In this document: piece by piece, positions 30,874 through 41,143 of the stretch
Numbering within the stretch: the stretch's first letter is position 1
How the letters are laid out: each line of letters opens with the position of its first letter
Assembly: GCA_977020255.1 (NCBI GenBank)
Contig: CDROCS010001647.1
Span: forward strand, 1-64,000
Length of the DNA stretch: 64,000 nt
Direction of reading: 5' to 3'
Source: Obrimoposthia wandeli
Lineage: Eukaryota
Position numbers and translations under genes: made by a program
The notes under the pieces: generated by a model
What the model was told of the DNA's origin: nothing
What the model saw: only the letters and a program-made list of their open reading frames with translations
Database searches by the model: none

Positions 30874-31743
30874 TCAATGATGATTTAAAAATTTATCGCG
30901 CAATAAGTTGATCATACTGCGGGTTTTCTCGGGTAAAAATTGGCGTGATGAATACACTAAGGTCATGGCAATTTCGGACTGATAAATATCTGGTAGCAAA
31001 TGGATTAATTCACCTTGCTGAAGTTGTTGTCGCACTAGAATCATTGGTAGTAAAGCAATGCCATGGCCTGATAGTGCCATGTGATTAATTAACCCCAAGT
31101 CCTCGGAAATCAAACGAATATTCAAGCCTTCTGGCAAAATACTAGAATCATAACGGCTGGTTAAAATCGAATGGGTAAAGAGATCGTTAAGACATTGCGG
31201 TTGCTGGTTATGGTTGAGGTAATCAGGTGAGCAAAATAAGCCCTTTTTCGACGGGAAAAATACCTGCTGCACGTAATCCTCATTAATGATATCGACTACA
31301 TCGGGTAGCAGTTGCAAATCTATATTTTCACGTTTCAAATCGACACTTTCGTGACGGTGAATAATTTCTAAGGTGATATCAGGAAACTGTCGCGCATAAT
31401 CATCCAATAATTCTGCAAACAAGGTTGAAGCGATAAACGCTGCTGGTACAGCGATGCGCAATATCCCTTGCAGACTTTGTTGTTGGTTTTTCAGTAGTGA
31501 GATAGCTTGATTTACATCGCTTAACGGTTGATTAATGTGTTGGTAGAGCAAGCGGCCATGTTCGGTGAGTTCTATTTGTCGGGTGGTGCGAATAAGTAAT
31601 TGGCAACCCAGTGCTTTTTCTAGCTCTTGTAGGCGACGACTGATTTTAGATCGTTGCAATCCATGGGCTTGTGCTGCAGCGCTAATACCGCCATGTCTTA
31701 CTGTTAATATGAATAAGTACAGATCGTCCATCGATGCTTTCAT
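30874..31743 (-). CDS. LysR family regulator (divergent from HlyD/DUF2955)
   Basis: GGISAAAQAHGLQRSKISRRLQELEKALGCQLLIRTTR. Confidence 0.95.
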   Translation of the reverse strand: MKASMDDLYLFILTVRHGGISAAAQAHGLQRSKISRRLQELEKALGCQLLIRTTRQIELTEHGRLLYQHINQPLSDVNQAISLLKNQQQSLQGILRIAVPAAFIASTLFAELLDDYARQFPDITLEIIHRHESVDLKRENIDLQLLPDVVDIINEDYVQQVFFPSKKGLFCSPDYLNHNQQPQCLNDLFTHSILTSRYDSSILPEGLNIRLISEDLGLINHMALSGHGIALLPMILVRQQLQQGELIHLLPDIYQSEIAMTLVYSSRQFLPEKTRSMINLLRDKFLNHH

Positions 31744-31753
31744 TATTTTTCCT

Positions 31754-31785
31754 AATTATTCAATTATTCAATTATTCAATTATTC
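31754..31785. repeat. Tandem repeat (AATTATTC)x4
   Basis: Read directly; 5' of the LysR start codon. Confidence 0.9.
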
Positions 31786-31902
31786 AGTGTGTAAGAATAA
31801 GTTGTCCTACTTATAGGACGTAAATGGTGCTTTAATCATAGTATTTAATCAAGTGGAATGTTTCTATAATCCGCACTGTTTTATTTGTTATCGGAAATTT
31901 AT

Positions 31903-32970
31903 ATGTCTCATACCCAGTCCGTTTTTCATCGTTGGATGCGCCGCCTTATTGTCTTGTTCATTGTTTTTATGGCTTACATCATCGTTGCCGATAGATATGC
32001 CCCGTTAACCACTGAGAGTCGTGTTTATGGTTATGTTGTGCAATTAGCCCCGGAGGTATCAGGACCAATCACTGGCGTTATGATCCGTAATAATCAAAAC
32101 GTTGAAAAAGGTCAGTTGTTGTTTACTATTAATGACAGTAAATACACTATCGCGGTTAACAAGGCCGAAGTGGCGCTGCAACAAGCCTATGAGCAAGAAG
32201 AATCCTTGTATGCGCAGGTTGAAGCAGCCATTGCCAATACTGCCAGTAGTAAGGCTAACTATACTAATGCGGTTGCCGAATATAAGCGTATCGGTAAATT
32301 AGCGAAAAACAATCTCGTCTCTAAATCAATGCAAGACAGTGCTTATGCACGGTATCAAGCTGCGGGTTCGACACTGCATGCCTATCAACAGCAAACATTG
32401 GCGATCAAGGCCAAGCTAGGCGATGACGTCGGTGGTAGTTCGCTGGTGATGGCGGCTAAAAATAATCTTGCTGAAGCGCAACTGAACCTATCTCATACAC
32501 AAATATTTGCGCCGAATAAAGGCGTGATCACCAATCTGCAATTGGAAGTAGGGGCGATGGCCATCGTGAATCAACCCATGCTTACATTTATTTCCAGTGA
32601 TTCATTATGGGTTGCGGCAGATTTTCGTGAAAAAGCCACGGCGCTTATTAGCAATACATCCGCGGCTTATGTCACTTATGATGCGCTGCCTGGGCAAGTC
32701 TTTGATTTCACCGTCGGCAGCCGTGACTTTGGCGTCGCGTCTGCACAGCAAACCGCTAGTGGTAAGTTAACATCAGTCGAAGTGAGTAACCGTTGGGTGC
32801 GTGATGCGCAGCGGATTCGGGTTAACTTAGTGAGTGAAGAGGCCATTCCTGTGCAACTATTTGTGGGTTCGCGGGCGACGGTGGTGCTTTATCCTGCCGG
32901 TAATGTGTGGTGGCAAACATTAGCAAGTCTACAAATAAAACTCGCAGGTTTACTGCATTATATTTATTAA
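31903..32970 (+). CDS. HlyD-family membrane fusion protein
   Basis: One N-terminal TM, LAPEVSGPITGV..NQNVEKGQLLF, TQIFAPNKGVITN; start set at ATG 31903. Confidence 0.93.
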   Translation: MSHTQSVFHRWMRRLIVLFIVFMAYIIVADRYAPLTTESRVYGYVVQLAPEVSGPITGVMIRNNQNVEKGQLLFTINDSKYTIAVNKAEVALQQAYEQEESLYAQVEAAIANTASSKANYTNAVAEYKRIGKLAKNNLVSKSMQDSAYARYQAAGSTLHAYQQQTLAIKAKLGDDVGGSSLVMAAKNNLAEAQLNLSHTQIFAPNKGVITNLQLEVGAMAIVNQPMLTFISSDSLWVAADFREKATALISNTSAAYVTYDALPGQVFDFTVGSRDFGVASAQQTASGKLTSVEVSNRWVRDAQRIRVNLVSEEAIPVQLFVGSRATVVLYPAGNVWWQTLASLQIKLAGLLHYIY

Positions 32971-33014
32971 CTCGATTTATTAACTCGATTTATTAACTCG
33001 ATTTACTCATTCGA
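32963..33014. repeat. Tandem repeat (TTTATTAACTCGA)x3 plus 1 degenerate
   Basis: Contains the HlyD stop codon; lies inside the operon spacer. Confidence 0.92.
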
Positions 33015-33047
33015 TCTATTAATGCTGTTGAGTGCAGTGGGGAATAC

Positions 33048-34079
33048 ATGATGAAAACAATGCGACTTTGGTTTGCTTGTGTTTTTGGCTTAGCGTTAAG
33101 CATGGTGTTTGGTTGGTCGAATGGTTTTTTTGCTATATTGCTGCCGACGTTTATTATCGCCCGCGCCGATCATTTTAATATCAGCTTAATTAATCAAATG
33201 GTACTTGGTATTGTTTGGGTTAGTTTAGAAGTGAATTTTATTACCGGATTTTTACAGCCCTATCCGTGGTTAATGACTGTCGCCGTGGCTATTTTATTTA
33301 TGAGTAAATGTATCGCCATGACTAAACCAAGCGGTTATCTGTTTGGTTTTACTGGCTTGCTGGTGGGCTCTATAGCGCTTAACTTTATGAGCTATTCAAG
33401 TTTTGATAACGAAGAGTTTACGCTGACATTGTGGGTCAGTGCGTTCGCGATCTATCCTATCTGCGGGCTAGCGTATTATTTGTTTAGCGAACCCGAACTC
33501 GCAGCTGATCACGAACCAGAATCTGCGAAATCAGAGTCCAATAATATGCCCGTGCAGCACGATCATATTGGCATGTTACGACAAACAGCCATGGGGTGGA
33601 CTATCTCCATGTTAGCTTTTTTAATCTTTCAGTTTGGCGACTTGAGTGATTCAGTCTCTGCGCAAGCGTCCATTTTTATTGTGCTCACGCCAATGACATT
33701 TATTGGCGCAATGGCGGCGGCTAAAATTCGTATTAGTGGCACATTACTTGGCTGCCTGGCGGGTATGGCGATCCAATTAGGTTTATCAAGTTGGGCTAAC
33801 AATGGTCTGCTATTTTTGATGGCATTTGCAATCGCGGTTGGTTTTTTTGCTTGGTTATTGGCTTTAGGTGGAGTTAAAGGCGGGCTTGGTTTCTCGGCAA
33901 TGAGCGCCTTAAGTGTGCCGCTAACCACGACTTTCCAGCCGGGACAGCAAGATGCTTTCTTCGCTATTCTTTATCGCTTTAGCTCTATTACCTTTACCGT
34001 TATCCTCACATCGTTGGCAATATGGCTGGTACATTGTGTTTTAGTTAGAGTTATTAAGGCGCCTAGCACATATACTTAG
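33048..34079 (+). CDS. DUF2955/FUSC-like inner-membrane protein
   Basis: Polytopic membrane protein directly after HlyD; this pairing is typical of DUF2955. Confidence 0.75.
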   Translation: MMKTMRLWFACVFGLALSMVFGWSNGFFAILLPTFIIARADHFNISLINQMVLGIVWVSLEVNFITGFLQPYPWLMTVAVAILFMSKCIAMTKPSGYLFGFTGLLVGSIALNFMSYSSFDNEEFTLTLWVSAFAIYPICGLAYYLFSEPELAADHEPESAKSESNNMPVQHDHIGMLRQTAMGWTISMLAFLIFQFGDLSDSVSAQASIFIVLTPMTFIGAMAAAKIRISGTLLGCLAGMAIQLGLSSWANNGLLFLMAFAIAVGFFAWLLALGGVKGGLGFSAMSALSVPLTTTFQPGQQDAFFAILYRFSSITFTVILTSLAIWLVHCVLVRVIKAPSTYT

Positions 34080-34131
34080 GTGCAATTCTTAAGTTTAAGA
34101 AAAGACTGACTCTAATAAGGCTGGATATGTA

Positions 34132-34698
34132 ATGAAACAGAGATGTACTTGGTGTGGCGAAGATCCGCTATATGTTGCTTATCATGATGAAGAATGGGGC
34201 GTGCCGGTTCATGACGAGCAACGTTTATTTGAATTTTTAATCTTAGAAGGCGCACAGGCTGGACTTAGCTGGATCACGATATTAAGAAAGCGTGAAAATT
34301 ACCGTGATGCTTTGCACCAATTTGATTACAGGGTCATTGCTAATTATAGCGAAGACGATGTTAACCGTTTACTCAGAAATGAAGGGATTGTGCGTAATAA
34401 ACTTAAAATCCGCTCTGTGATAAAAAATGCCCAAGGCTTTTTAAATATCCAGGCTGAGTTTGGTTCGTTCGATGCTTATATTTGGGGCTTTGTTAATGGC
34501 GTGACGCTGCAAAATAATTTACCTTCACTGGCTGAAACACCGGCTAAAACAGACATCTCAGAAGCGATGAGCAAAGATTTAAAGAAACGTGGTTTTAACT
34601 TTGTCGGGCCGACGATTTGTTATGCGTTTATGCAAGCAACCGGTATGGTTAATGATCACACCACCGGTTGCTTTCGTCATTCACAAATTAAGTATTAA
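34132..34698 (+). CDS. tag: DNA-3-methyladenine glycosylase I
   Basis: RCTWC...YHDEEWGVP, LEGAQAGLSW, RNKLKI, GPTICYAFMQATGMVNDH. Confidence 0.97.
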   Translation: MKQRCTWCGEDPLYVAYHDEEWGVPVHDEQRLFEFLILEGAQAGLSWITILRKRENYRDALHQFDYRVIANYSEDDVNRLLRNEGIVRNKLKIRSVIKNAQGFLNIQAEFGSFDAYIWGFVNGVTLQNNLPSLAETPAKTDISEAMSKDLKKRGFNFVGPTICYAFMQATGMVNDHTTGCFRHSQIKY

Positions 34699-34730
34699 TT
34701 CATGTGCTACGACTATTGGTAATACTATTC

Positions 34731-35951
34731 TTACGAATGAGTCGTAGGGCTAATTAACGTTGATTTACCGGCAAACATTGCTAAACCTATCCAGATAAGA
34801 CTCATACCTGCAGCGAGTATTAATGGCATATCCCAACTGCTTGTTGTTTCATGCAGTGAGCCAAAAATAATAGGGCTGGTTGCGGCAAATAAATAACCAA
34901 TACATTGCGCCATGCCTGACAGTGATGCTGCTTGATGCGAATTATGAGTTCGTAGGCCAACAAAAGATAACCCGAGAATAAAACCACCACCACAGCTAAA
35001 GCCAAGTAATGTCACCCAAATAACGGCGTGTTGATGCATCATCAGTAAACCTGTGATGCCGATGAAGGCCAATATTGTCATCGCCAAACCTAAGGTGCGT
35101 TTGTCTTTTACTTTTGCCATTAATGGAATAAGTACCAGCGCTGGTGCTGCAGATGCAAGTTGTAAAATACCGTGGATGTAACCAGCGTCGTGTTCAGAAT
35201 AACCGTAACTGACTAAGATACTCGGTAACCAGGCAATGAAGGCATACATAATAAATGAATTGAACGCTAAGAACCCTGACACTTGCCATGCTGCTTTGTT
35301 GCGCCACATATAGCTGTGGCTATCAATATCTGGCGTATCAGCGGCAGGTCTGGTGTGATTCTTTAGCTGTGGCAACCAAATTAGCATGGTAATGATAGGC
35401 AGTATGATAGTGCCTGCGAGTGCGAATGCCCAGTTAGGGATAAAAGTGATATTTAAATTATCTGCGACATTAAGCATCGGAATGGTGGTGCTGGCACTGA
35501 GTGTTGCGCCTACGCCCATAGTGAGTACATAAAATGCGGTTAACGTCGGGCCTTGATTAGGAAAATCACGTTTTAATAAACTCGGCAACAATACATTACC
35601 GATAGCAATGCCGATGCCGATAACACACGTGCCTAAATACAAGGTGAGGCTTGAGCCTGCTGAACGTAGAACGACACCGCTAGTGATGGCGACAAGGGCT
35701 AGCATGAGTGACGGTTCAAGACCAATTCTTCGGGCCAATCCTGATGATATAGGTGAAAAGATGGCAAAGGCGAGCAGTGGTAATGTGGTTAACATACCTG
35801 CTTGCGTAGCCGATAAATTGAGATCGTTAGAGATAAAATCTAAGATCGGCCCTATACCGGTAATGGGTCCACGTAAGTTACTGGCGATGAGTAAAATACT
35901 GACAATGAGCAATATAGGGTGAGCAATATTTGGTTTGTTATGTTGTGGCAT
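34731..35951 (-). CDS. MFS transporter, CynX/NimT (YeaN) family
   Basis: ASNLRGPITGIGP, LLTTLPLLAFA, GNVLLPSLLKRDF, LSGMAQCIGY. Confidence 0.9.
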   Translation of the reverse strand: MPQHNKPNIAHPILLIVSILLIASNLRGPITGIGPILDFISNDLNLSATQAGMLTTLPLLAFAIFSPISSGLARRIGLEPSLMLALVAITSGVVLRSAGSSLTLYLGTCVIGIGIAIGNVLLPSLLKRDFPNQGPTLTAFYVLTMGVGATLSASTTIPMLNVADNLNITFIPNWAFALAGTIILPIITMLIWLPQLKNHTRPAADTPDIDSHSYMWRNKAAWQVSGFLAFNSFIMYAFIAWLPSILVSYGYSEHDAGYIHGILQLASAAPALVLIPLMAKVKDKRTLGLAMTILAFIGITGLLMMHQHAVIWVTLLGFSCGGGFILGLSFVGLRTHNSHQAASLSGMAQCIGYLFAATSPIIFGSLHETTSSWDMPLILAAGMSLIWIGLAMFAGKSTLISPTTHS

Positions 35952-36045
35952 GAGTCTGTCCTCTTAAGCGATGTCTTATATTACCCATTCCTAATCGATC
36001 TGAATTTGTGTATATTGACATTTTATTGCTAAAAACAGTCAACCA

Positions 36046-36828
36046 ATGAAATTACATAATAATGCTGCTGAGTTTGATTCCGAAAACTATACCGAAAGTG
36101 TCAATGTGCTTCGGACATCAGGTCTAGATAGGGCGTTGGAAATGCCAATGCATCAACATCGGCGTTGCCAGTTAGTCATGCCATTAACCGGTTTTGTACG
36201 TTGTTCAATTGCCGATGCAATCTGGATGGTACCTGCAAATTGTGCTGTTTGGATCCCAAGCCAAGTACCGCACAGTAATCATATTTCTATCAGTGATGAT
36301 GTATGCATGTTATTTGTGGATCCTGACGTTGTGGGGATCCCAGATAAAATTTGCACCCTGTCTATCTCGCCATTGTTACGCGAGTTAATTATTAGTTTAG
36401 CGGATAAAGATCAACATTACGCAGCAGATGCTAGTACGGTGAGGTTAGCGCAAGTATTGATTGATGAACTTATTTGCATGCCGAAGGAACATTTTGATTT
36501 TCCGATACCTGCGGAGCCGAGACTTAATAAGATTGCTAATCAGCTATTGCTTAACCCTGCAGATCGGAAAACCGTCGGAGAATGGGCTGCGTTGTATGCT
36601 ATGAGCGAAAGGACATTTTCTCGATTAGTAAAACAAGAAATTGGCATGACATTTGGGCGTTGGCGCGGGCAACTTCATTTGGTGATGGCGTTGCAAAAAC
36701 TGTCATCAAACGAGTCGGTGCAGCGTATATCGGAAGATTTAGGTTATGAGTCGGTGAGTGCGTTTATTACTTTCTTCAAAAAGACCTTAGGTAAACCACC
36801 AAAGCAATATATGAAACAGCCAATTTAA
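36046..36828 (+). CDS. AraC family regulator (NimR-like, cupin + HTH)
   Basis: HQHRRCQL..., MSERTFSRL..EIGMTFGRWR, LGYESVSAF. Confidence 0.93.
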   Translation: MKLHNNAAEFDSENYTESVNVLRTSGLDRALEMPMHQHRRCQLVMPLTGFVRCSIADAIWMVPANCAVWIPSQVPHSNHISISDDVCMLFVDPDVVGIPDKICTLSISPLLRELIISLADKDQHYAADASTVRLAQVLIDELICMPKEHFDFPIPAEPRLNKIANQLLLNPADRKTVGEWAALYAMSERTFSRLVKQEIGMTFGRWRGQLHLVMALQKLSSNESVQRISEDLGYESVSAFITFFKKTLGKPPKQYMKQPI

Positions 36829-36875
36829 ATAATTTTAAATTGGCTGTTTTGATTACTATCGTTACGTGTAGCTAT

Positions 36876-37439
36876 TTATTTATTAAAAACCAAGTTGATG
36901 TTCACTGGTACTGCGTCTGATAGTGCTAGACCACCAACTGTTGCTGCTAACTTAGTTAGGTTCGCAGCAGGGATCGAGAAATCACTGGCTTTAACGATGA
37001 CTGACTTATATGAATTGACGATAATAGCGTCGTCCGTTTTGGTGATAATAACGGGAAAGTTAAATGTTTTTTTATGGCCATAGAAAGAGACTTCTGCAGG
37101 CACGGTCATTTTTGAAACGGGCTGGGTTAGTGAGCTTAAATCAAATTGTCCGCTAACCATAATGACTGGGTTTTCAGACGAATCAAAAAACAATGAATTA
37201 AGACGTTCATTACGGATTGAAACACCTGTATCTATGTTTGTTACTGGCGCGATAACCGCAAATCGACCCTGTTCATCTAAGCTACCTGTTAATCCACTAA
37301 TGGTTGCGGGTTCAACGACATATTGTTTTTTTATGGTGGCAAAACTGATTGATGAAAAATCTGTGGTTAGATTGAATTTTTCTGTCGCAAATGATTGAAA
37401 TGACAATAAAGCCAGTGATAAAACAAGTGTCTTTTTCAT
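36876..37439 (-). CDS. YceI family periplasmic protein
   Basis: Signal peptide, SSISFATIKK, IDTGVSIRNERL. Confidence 0.85.
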   Translation of the reverse strand: MKKTLVLSLALLSFQSFATEKFNLTTDFSSISFATIKKQYVVEPATISGLTGSLDEQGRFAVIAPVTNIDTGVSIRNERLNSLFFDSSENPVIMVSGQFDLSSLTQPVSKMTVPAEVSFYGHKKTFNFPVIITKTDDAIIVNSYKSVIVKASDFSIPAANLTKLAATVGGLALSDAVPVNINLVFNK

Positions 37440-37509
37440 GTTTATTTTCCTTAATGAACGTTATTTTAACTATATATTATATTGTACGAAAGCCTATACC
37501 AAGACTAGT

Positions 37510-37564
37510 TCAAAGCTATTTCAAAATCATTTCAAAGCTATTCCAAAACTATTCTAAAACTATC
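37510..37564. repeat. Degenerate 11-mer tandem repeat (TCAAAGCTATT)x5
   Basis: Abuts the msrA-like stop codon. Confidence 0.8.
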
Positions 37565-38183
37565 ACGTCTTTATCACGGTGGTGATCTGCTCTGTTATTA
37601 GGTTTGCAGGCAGTTTCGCCTTATTGATTAAGCTTGCATGACTATCGAGTAGTTTGGTTAATTTCGGCGAGATGATATTTTCACAAAATGGCCGTTGCGG
37701 ATCGCTGTAGTAATAATTTTGCATGCTTTCATCTGACGGTTTAAATTGGTTGAACTTATAGGCGCGGGTAATCAAAGGCTGTTCAAATTCAGTTTGCAGT
37801 AAGGCTAGATTGTGTTTTATTTCGGTGACTTGATAAGGTTCCATGGCATAGACAGCGCTACGATATTTATCTCGCATAGAATGGGCCTTAGTACTGCTGT
37901 GAGTATGTAAATGAATGGCGATTAGATTCTTTAAACTGATCACGTCAGGAATATAAGTCACGATAATACCTTCGGTAAACCAGTCATCGTCAGCAAACGA
38001 AGATAGCCAACCTTGCTCTACGTTTGTTACGCCTCGTAGTGATAAAAAGATCGCCTCGGTACACCAATAGCAGCTGCCACTCAGACCTATTTTTTTGCCG
38101 ATACAGTTTGTATCACTACTTATAGAACTGTCTATAGCACAGCCTATCATAGTGTCTTTTATATTCGTTATTGCACTAGCCAT
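37563..38183 (-). CDS. msrA: Atypical peptide-methionine (S)-S-oxide reductase
   Basis: GSCYWCTEAIF (canonical GGCFWC), YRSAVY, QNYYY..PQRPFC..ISPKL; start uncertain. Confidence 0.8.
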   Translation of the reverse strand: MASAITNIKDTMIGCAIDSSISSDTNCIGKKIGLSGSCYWCTEAIFLSLRGVTNVEQGWLSSFADDDWFTEGIIVTYIPDVISLKNLIAIHLHTHSSTKAHSMRDKYRSAVYAMEPYQVTEIKHNLALLQTEFEQPLITRAYKFNQFKPSDESMQNYYYSDPQRPFCENIISPKLTKLLDSHASLINKAKLPANLITEQITTVIKT

Positions 38184-38308
38184 TATACTTCCTTGTATGA
38201 GCCTATTCGGTATGACATTAATAACGCAACGGTATAGATTAAGTGACATCAGTTATTAAACTATTTAATTATGGACTATAAAAAAGCATCATTGCTAGTG
38301 TTATGTGA

Positions 38309-39130
38309 TTATTTTTTATAAATTTGTTTGGTTTTTATGAGCCCAAGCGGAAACAGTTTTCGAACGTTTTGACGCAATGCATTATCAGCTTGTAAAGCTA
38401 TATCCCTGAAACCCTGATCGGGTCTGCCGCGAAATGAAGTCACATGGAATTGATCTGTGGGTTTGAGCGCATGATCTGAAAAGTAATAATTAGAGATACA
38501 GGTTCTATTTTTACCTGCGGTAATAGGACTAACTGAGTGCCATGATCCGTCATGTGTAGCCATGACAATAAGGCGATTGAATGCACTATCGATAGTTATA
38601 TTCGGGTGTTCGATACCACCTGGCCAGAGTTCTAAATTACCCCCGTTAGCCCGTTGCCAATTTGGTGTTATATAATATAAAAGGTTGAGTACTCGCCATT
38701 GCTTGCGATCTTTTTCATGTGAATTGTCTAAATGTGGATTCAGAAATTGGCCTTGATTCATCAACGATATTCCTCCTGCATGCAAGTGTTCATCAGCATC
38801 GAGGCTATCAATGGCGCAGATATTCTTAATCAGATCTAAAATACGCGGGTCATGAAATGCAAAGATTGTTTCTTCTAAAAGTGGGTGATAGTGATCCATC
38901 TGAGCAGTGAAATATTTGTATTCCCGTAAGTTATATTGACTGCCAATTAACATCATATCGTTATAGTGAGGGAATACATCATGGACTTCAGAGGCTATTT
39001 CGGGAGGAAGGAGATTATCAATATAGAAGTAACCAATATCACCAACCGAGGAGTTATACATATTCTTGGCCGTGTTAGCTTGCTCGGTTATTTTTTCAAT
39101 AATTAAGTTTGCGATATCGAGTCTGTTCAT
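38309..39130 (-). CDS. 2OG-Fe(II) oxygenase
   Basis: LHAGGIS...LNPHLD, RVLNLLYY, GGNLELW, NRLIVM, SWHSV, R.CISNYY (HxD...H triad); start set at ATG 39130. Confidence 0.88.
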   Translation of the reverse strand: MNRLDIANLIIEKITEQANTAKNMYNSSVGDIGYFYIDNLLPPEIASEVHDVFPHYNDMMLIGSQYNLREYKYFTAQMDHYHPLLEETIFAFHDPRILDLIKNICAIDSLDADEHLHAGGISLMNQGQFLNPHLDNSHEKDRKQWRVLNLLYYITPNWQRANGGNLELWPGGIEHPNITIDSAFNRLIVMATHDGSWHSVSPITAGKNRTCISNYYFSDHALKPTDQFHVTSFRGRPDQGFRDIALQADNALRQNVRKLFPLGLIKTKQIYKK

Positions 39131-39351
39131 AGAACACCTACTTAACACGTTATTGATCAAGTTTTGATACACATTTTAGCACATTGAAAATGACTCATTT
39201 GTCTCATGCTAAGGCTCTAAATCAGCATGTCATCATTATCGTAATCAGCTCATAGAGTTAACTTATTAAAATAATGAAAATAACTTTTAAAATAATGAAA
39301 AGAAAATTTACGTTATGATGATGTACTGACTATCTGCGATGGCGAATCATC

Positions 39352-40287
39352 TTGAATAACTATAAATTATTACCGGCGTTAATTTCGATATTACAAACTC
39401 GTAATTTGACCGAATCTGCACGACAACTCAATGTGACCCAGTCGGCTATCAGCAAAACCCTAACGCAAATTCGCGCGGCGTTTCATGACAAGATCGTTAT
39501 CAGAGAGGGTAATCAATTTGTATTAACGCGTAAGGGGGAAGAATTAAAAGCACAATTACCTTTATTAATGCAAACGTTGGATAATTTATATTTACCAAGC
39601 GTGATGGATCCAAGCCAGTGTAAGCGCCAGTTTACCTTGGCCTCAAGTGATTATGTTGCGCAAGCGATCTTGCCATCGATATGTTGTGAGTTAGCTGTCG
39701 ATGCTCAGAATGCCAGTGTCGAATATCAGCTTTGGCATAAAGATAAGTTAACAGAACTCGCAGACATGCCGTTGGATCTCGTTAGTACAATCACCGATCA
39801 TGTGCCGGAAAACTTACACGGTAAAAGTCTTGGAGAAGACCAATTGATCGTAGTTTGTCGCCGTCAGCATCCTTTGTGTCAGGCTGATGCGCTCTCTATT
39901 AAGGAATATATTAATGCCAAGCACTTACTGATCAGCGGTGGTGGCGATAAAGACAGTTCGGTGGATCTAGCGTTATCAGCACTTGGTGAACAACGTAAGA
40001 TCTTTGCATCGGTACCGTTTTTTCAGTCGGCTATCGAACTGTTATTAAAGACCGATACCTTGCTGACAACACCGTTACATATTGCCGCTGATTTTGCGCA
40101 AACCCACGATCTGCGGATCATGATTCTGCCGATCAAGTTACAGCCGCAGCAGTATTATTTGTTGTGGCATGCTAAACATCATCAAGATCCAGAACATACT
40201 TGGTTTAGAGAGTTGTGCTATCCCTTTTTAAAAAATCATCTTGAGAACACTAAAACGCTGGGTATGAAATTACTTCATGCTTGTTAG
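39352..40287 (+). CDS. LysR family regulator
   Basis: RNLTESARQLNVTQSAISKTL; TTG start. Confidence 0.95.
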   Translation: MNNYKLLPALISILQTRNLTESARQLNVTQSAISKTLTQIRAAFHDKIVIREGNQFVLTRKGEELKAQLPLLMQTLDNLYLPSVMDPSQCKRQFTLASSDYVAQAILPSICCELAVDAQNASVEYQLWHKDKLTELADMPLDLVSTITDHVPENLHGKSLGEDQLIVVCRRQHPLCQADALSIKEYINAKHLLISGGGDKDSSVDLALSALGEQRKIFASVPFFQSAIELLLKTDTLLTTPLHIAADFAQTHDLRIMILPIKLQPQQYYLLWHAKHHQDPEHTWFRELCYPFLKNHLENTKTLGMKLLHAC

Positions 40288-40389
40288 TATTAAATGCAAC
40301 TTCCTCTCATGCTTAAGCTAGCTTATGATGAAACCAGATAAACGCATTGAGCTGAATTAACAATTTATAGATAAGAATAGAGGTTGAGT

Positions 40390-40998
40390 ATGGAATTAAC
40401 TGCATGGATGTCTTTGGCGCTGATTTGTATGATGGGTGCGATGACTCCGGGTCCAAGTTTGGCGGTGGTATTAAAGCATACTATCTCGGGTGGGCGAGTT
40501 AACGGTGTCGCGGCGAGTATTGCCCACGGTGTCGGTGTTGGTGTGTATGCGACGTTAACAGTGGTTGGTTTGGCCATTGTGATCCAGCAAACGCCGTGGT
40601 TATTCAATGTGATTAAATATGCTGGTGTAGCGATGTTATTACGTTTGGCTTATAAAGCGTTAACGTCAAAACCTGCGGTAGATAATGTCGATCAGCAACA
40701 ACAAGTAGTGACCTTAAAAGACAGTATCGTCGAAGGCTTTATGATTGCATTTTTGAATCCTAAATTAGCCATTTTCTTTTTAGCTGTATTTGGTCAATTT
40801 GTTGAAGCAGATGCGGGTTGGTTACAAAACCTGATCATGGTTGGCACGGTATTTACGTTTGATACTTTGTGGTATTGCTTGATTGCGGTGGTGTTATCAC
40901 AGTCGTCATTATTAGCTAAATTAAAGAATAATGTGCACAAGATTGATAAAGTAACGGGCGTGGTATTACTGGCAGTTGCAGCACGTGTCGCGATGTAG
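40390..40998 (+). CDS. LysE/RhtB family exporter
   Basis: GAMTPGPSLAVVL, GFMIAFLNPKLAIFF. Confidence 0.93.
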   Translation: MELTAWMSLALICMMGAMTPGPSLAVVLKHTISGGRVNGVAASIAHGVGVGVYATLTVVGLAIVIQQTPWLFNVIKYAGVAMLLRLAYKALTSKPAVDNVDQQQQVVTLKDSIVEGFMIAFLNPKLAIFFLAVFGQFVEADAGWLQNLIMVGTVFTFDTLWYCLIAVVLSQSSLLAKLKNNVHKIDKVTGVVLLAVAARVAM

Positions 40999-41005
40999 AC
41001 TTTTT

Positions 41006-41045
41006 ATAGAAATATAGAAATATAGAAATATAGAAATATAGAAAA
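41006..41045. repeat. Tandem repeat (ATAGAAAT)x5
   Basis: Just after the LysE stop, before the hairpin AAAAGCACCACAAC...GTTGTGGTGCTTTT (41047-41095). Confidence 0.92.
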
Positions 41046-41143
41046 TAAAAGCACCACAACTGACTAGTAGATCACTGTCGTTGTGGTGCTTTTTTAGTAT
41101 TCAGGGATTACTATTTTTTTAACGATTTAAACTGAGTGTACGA

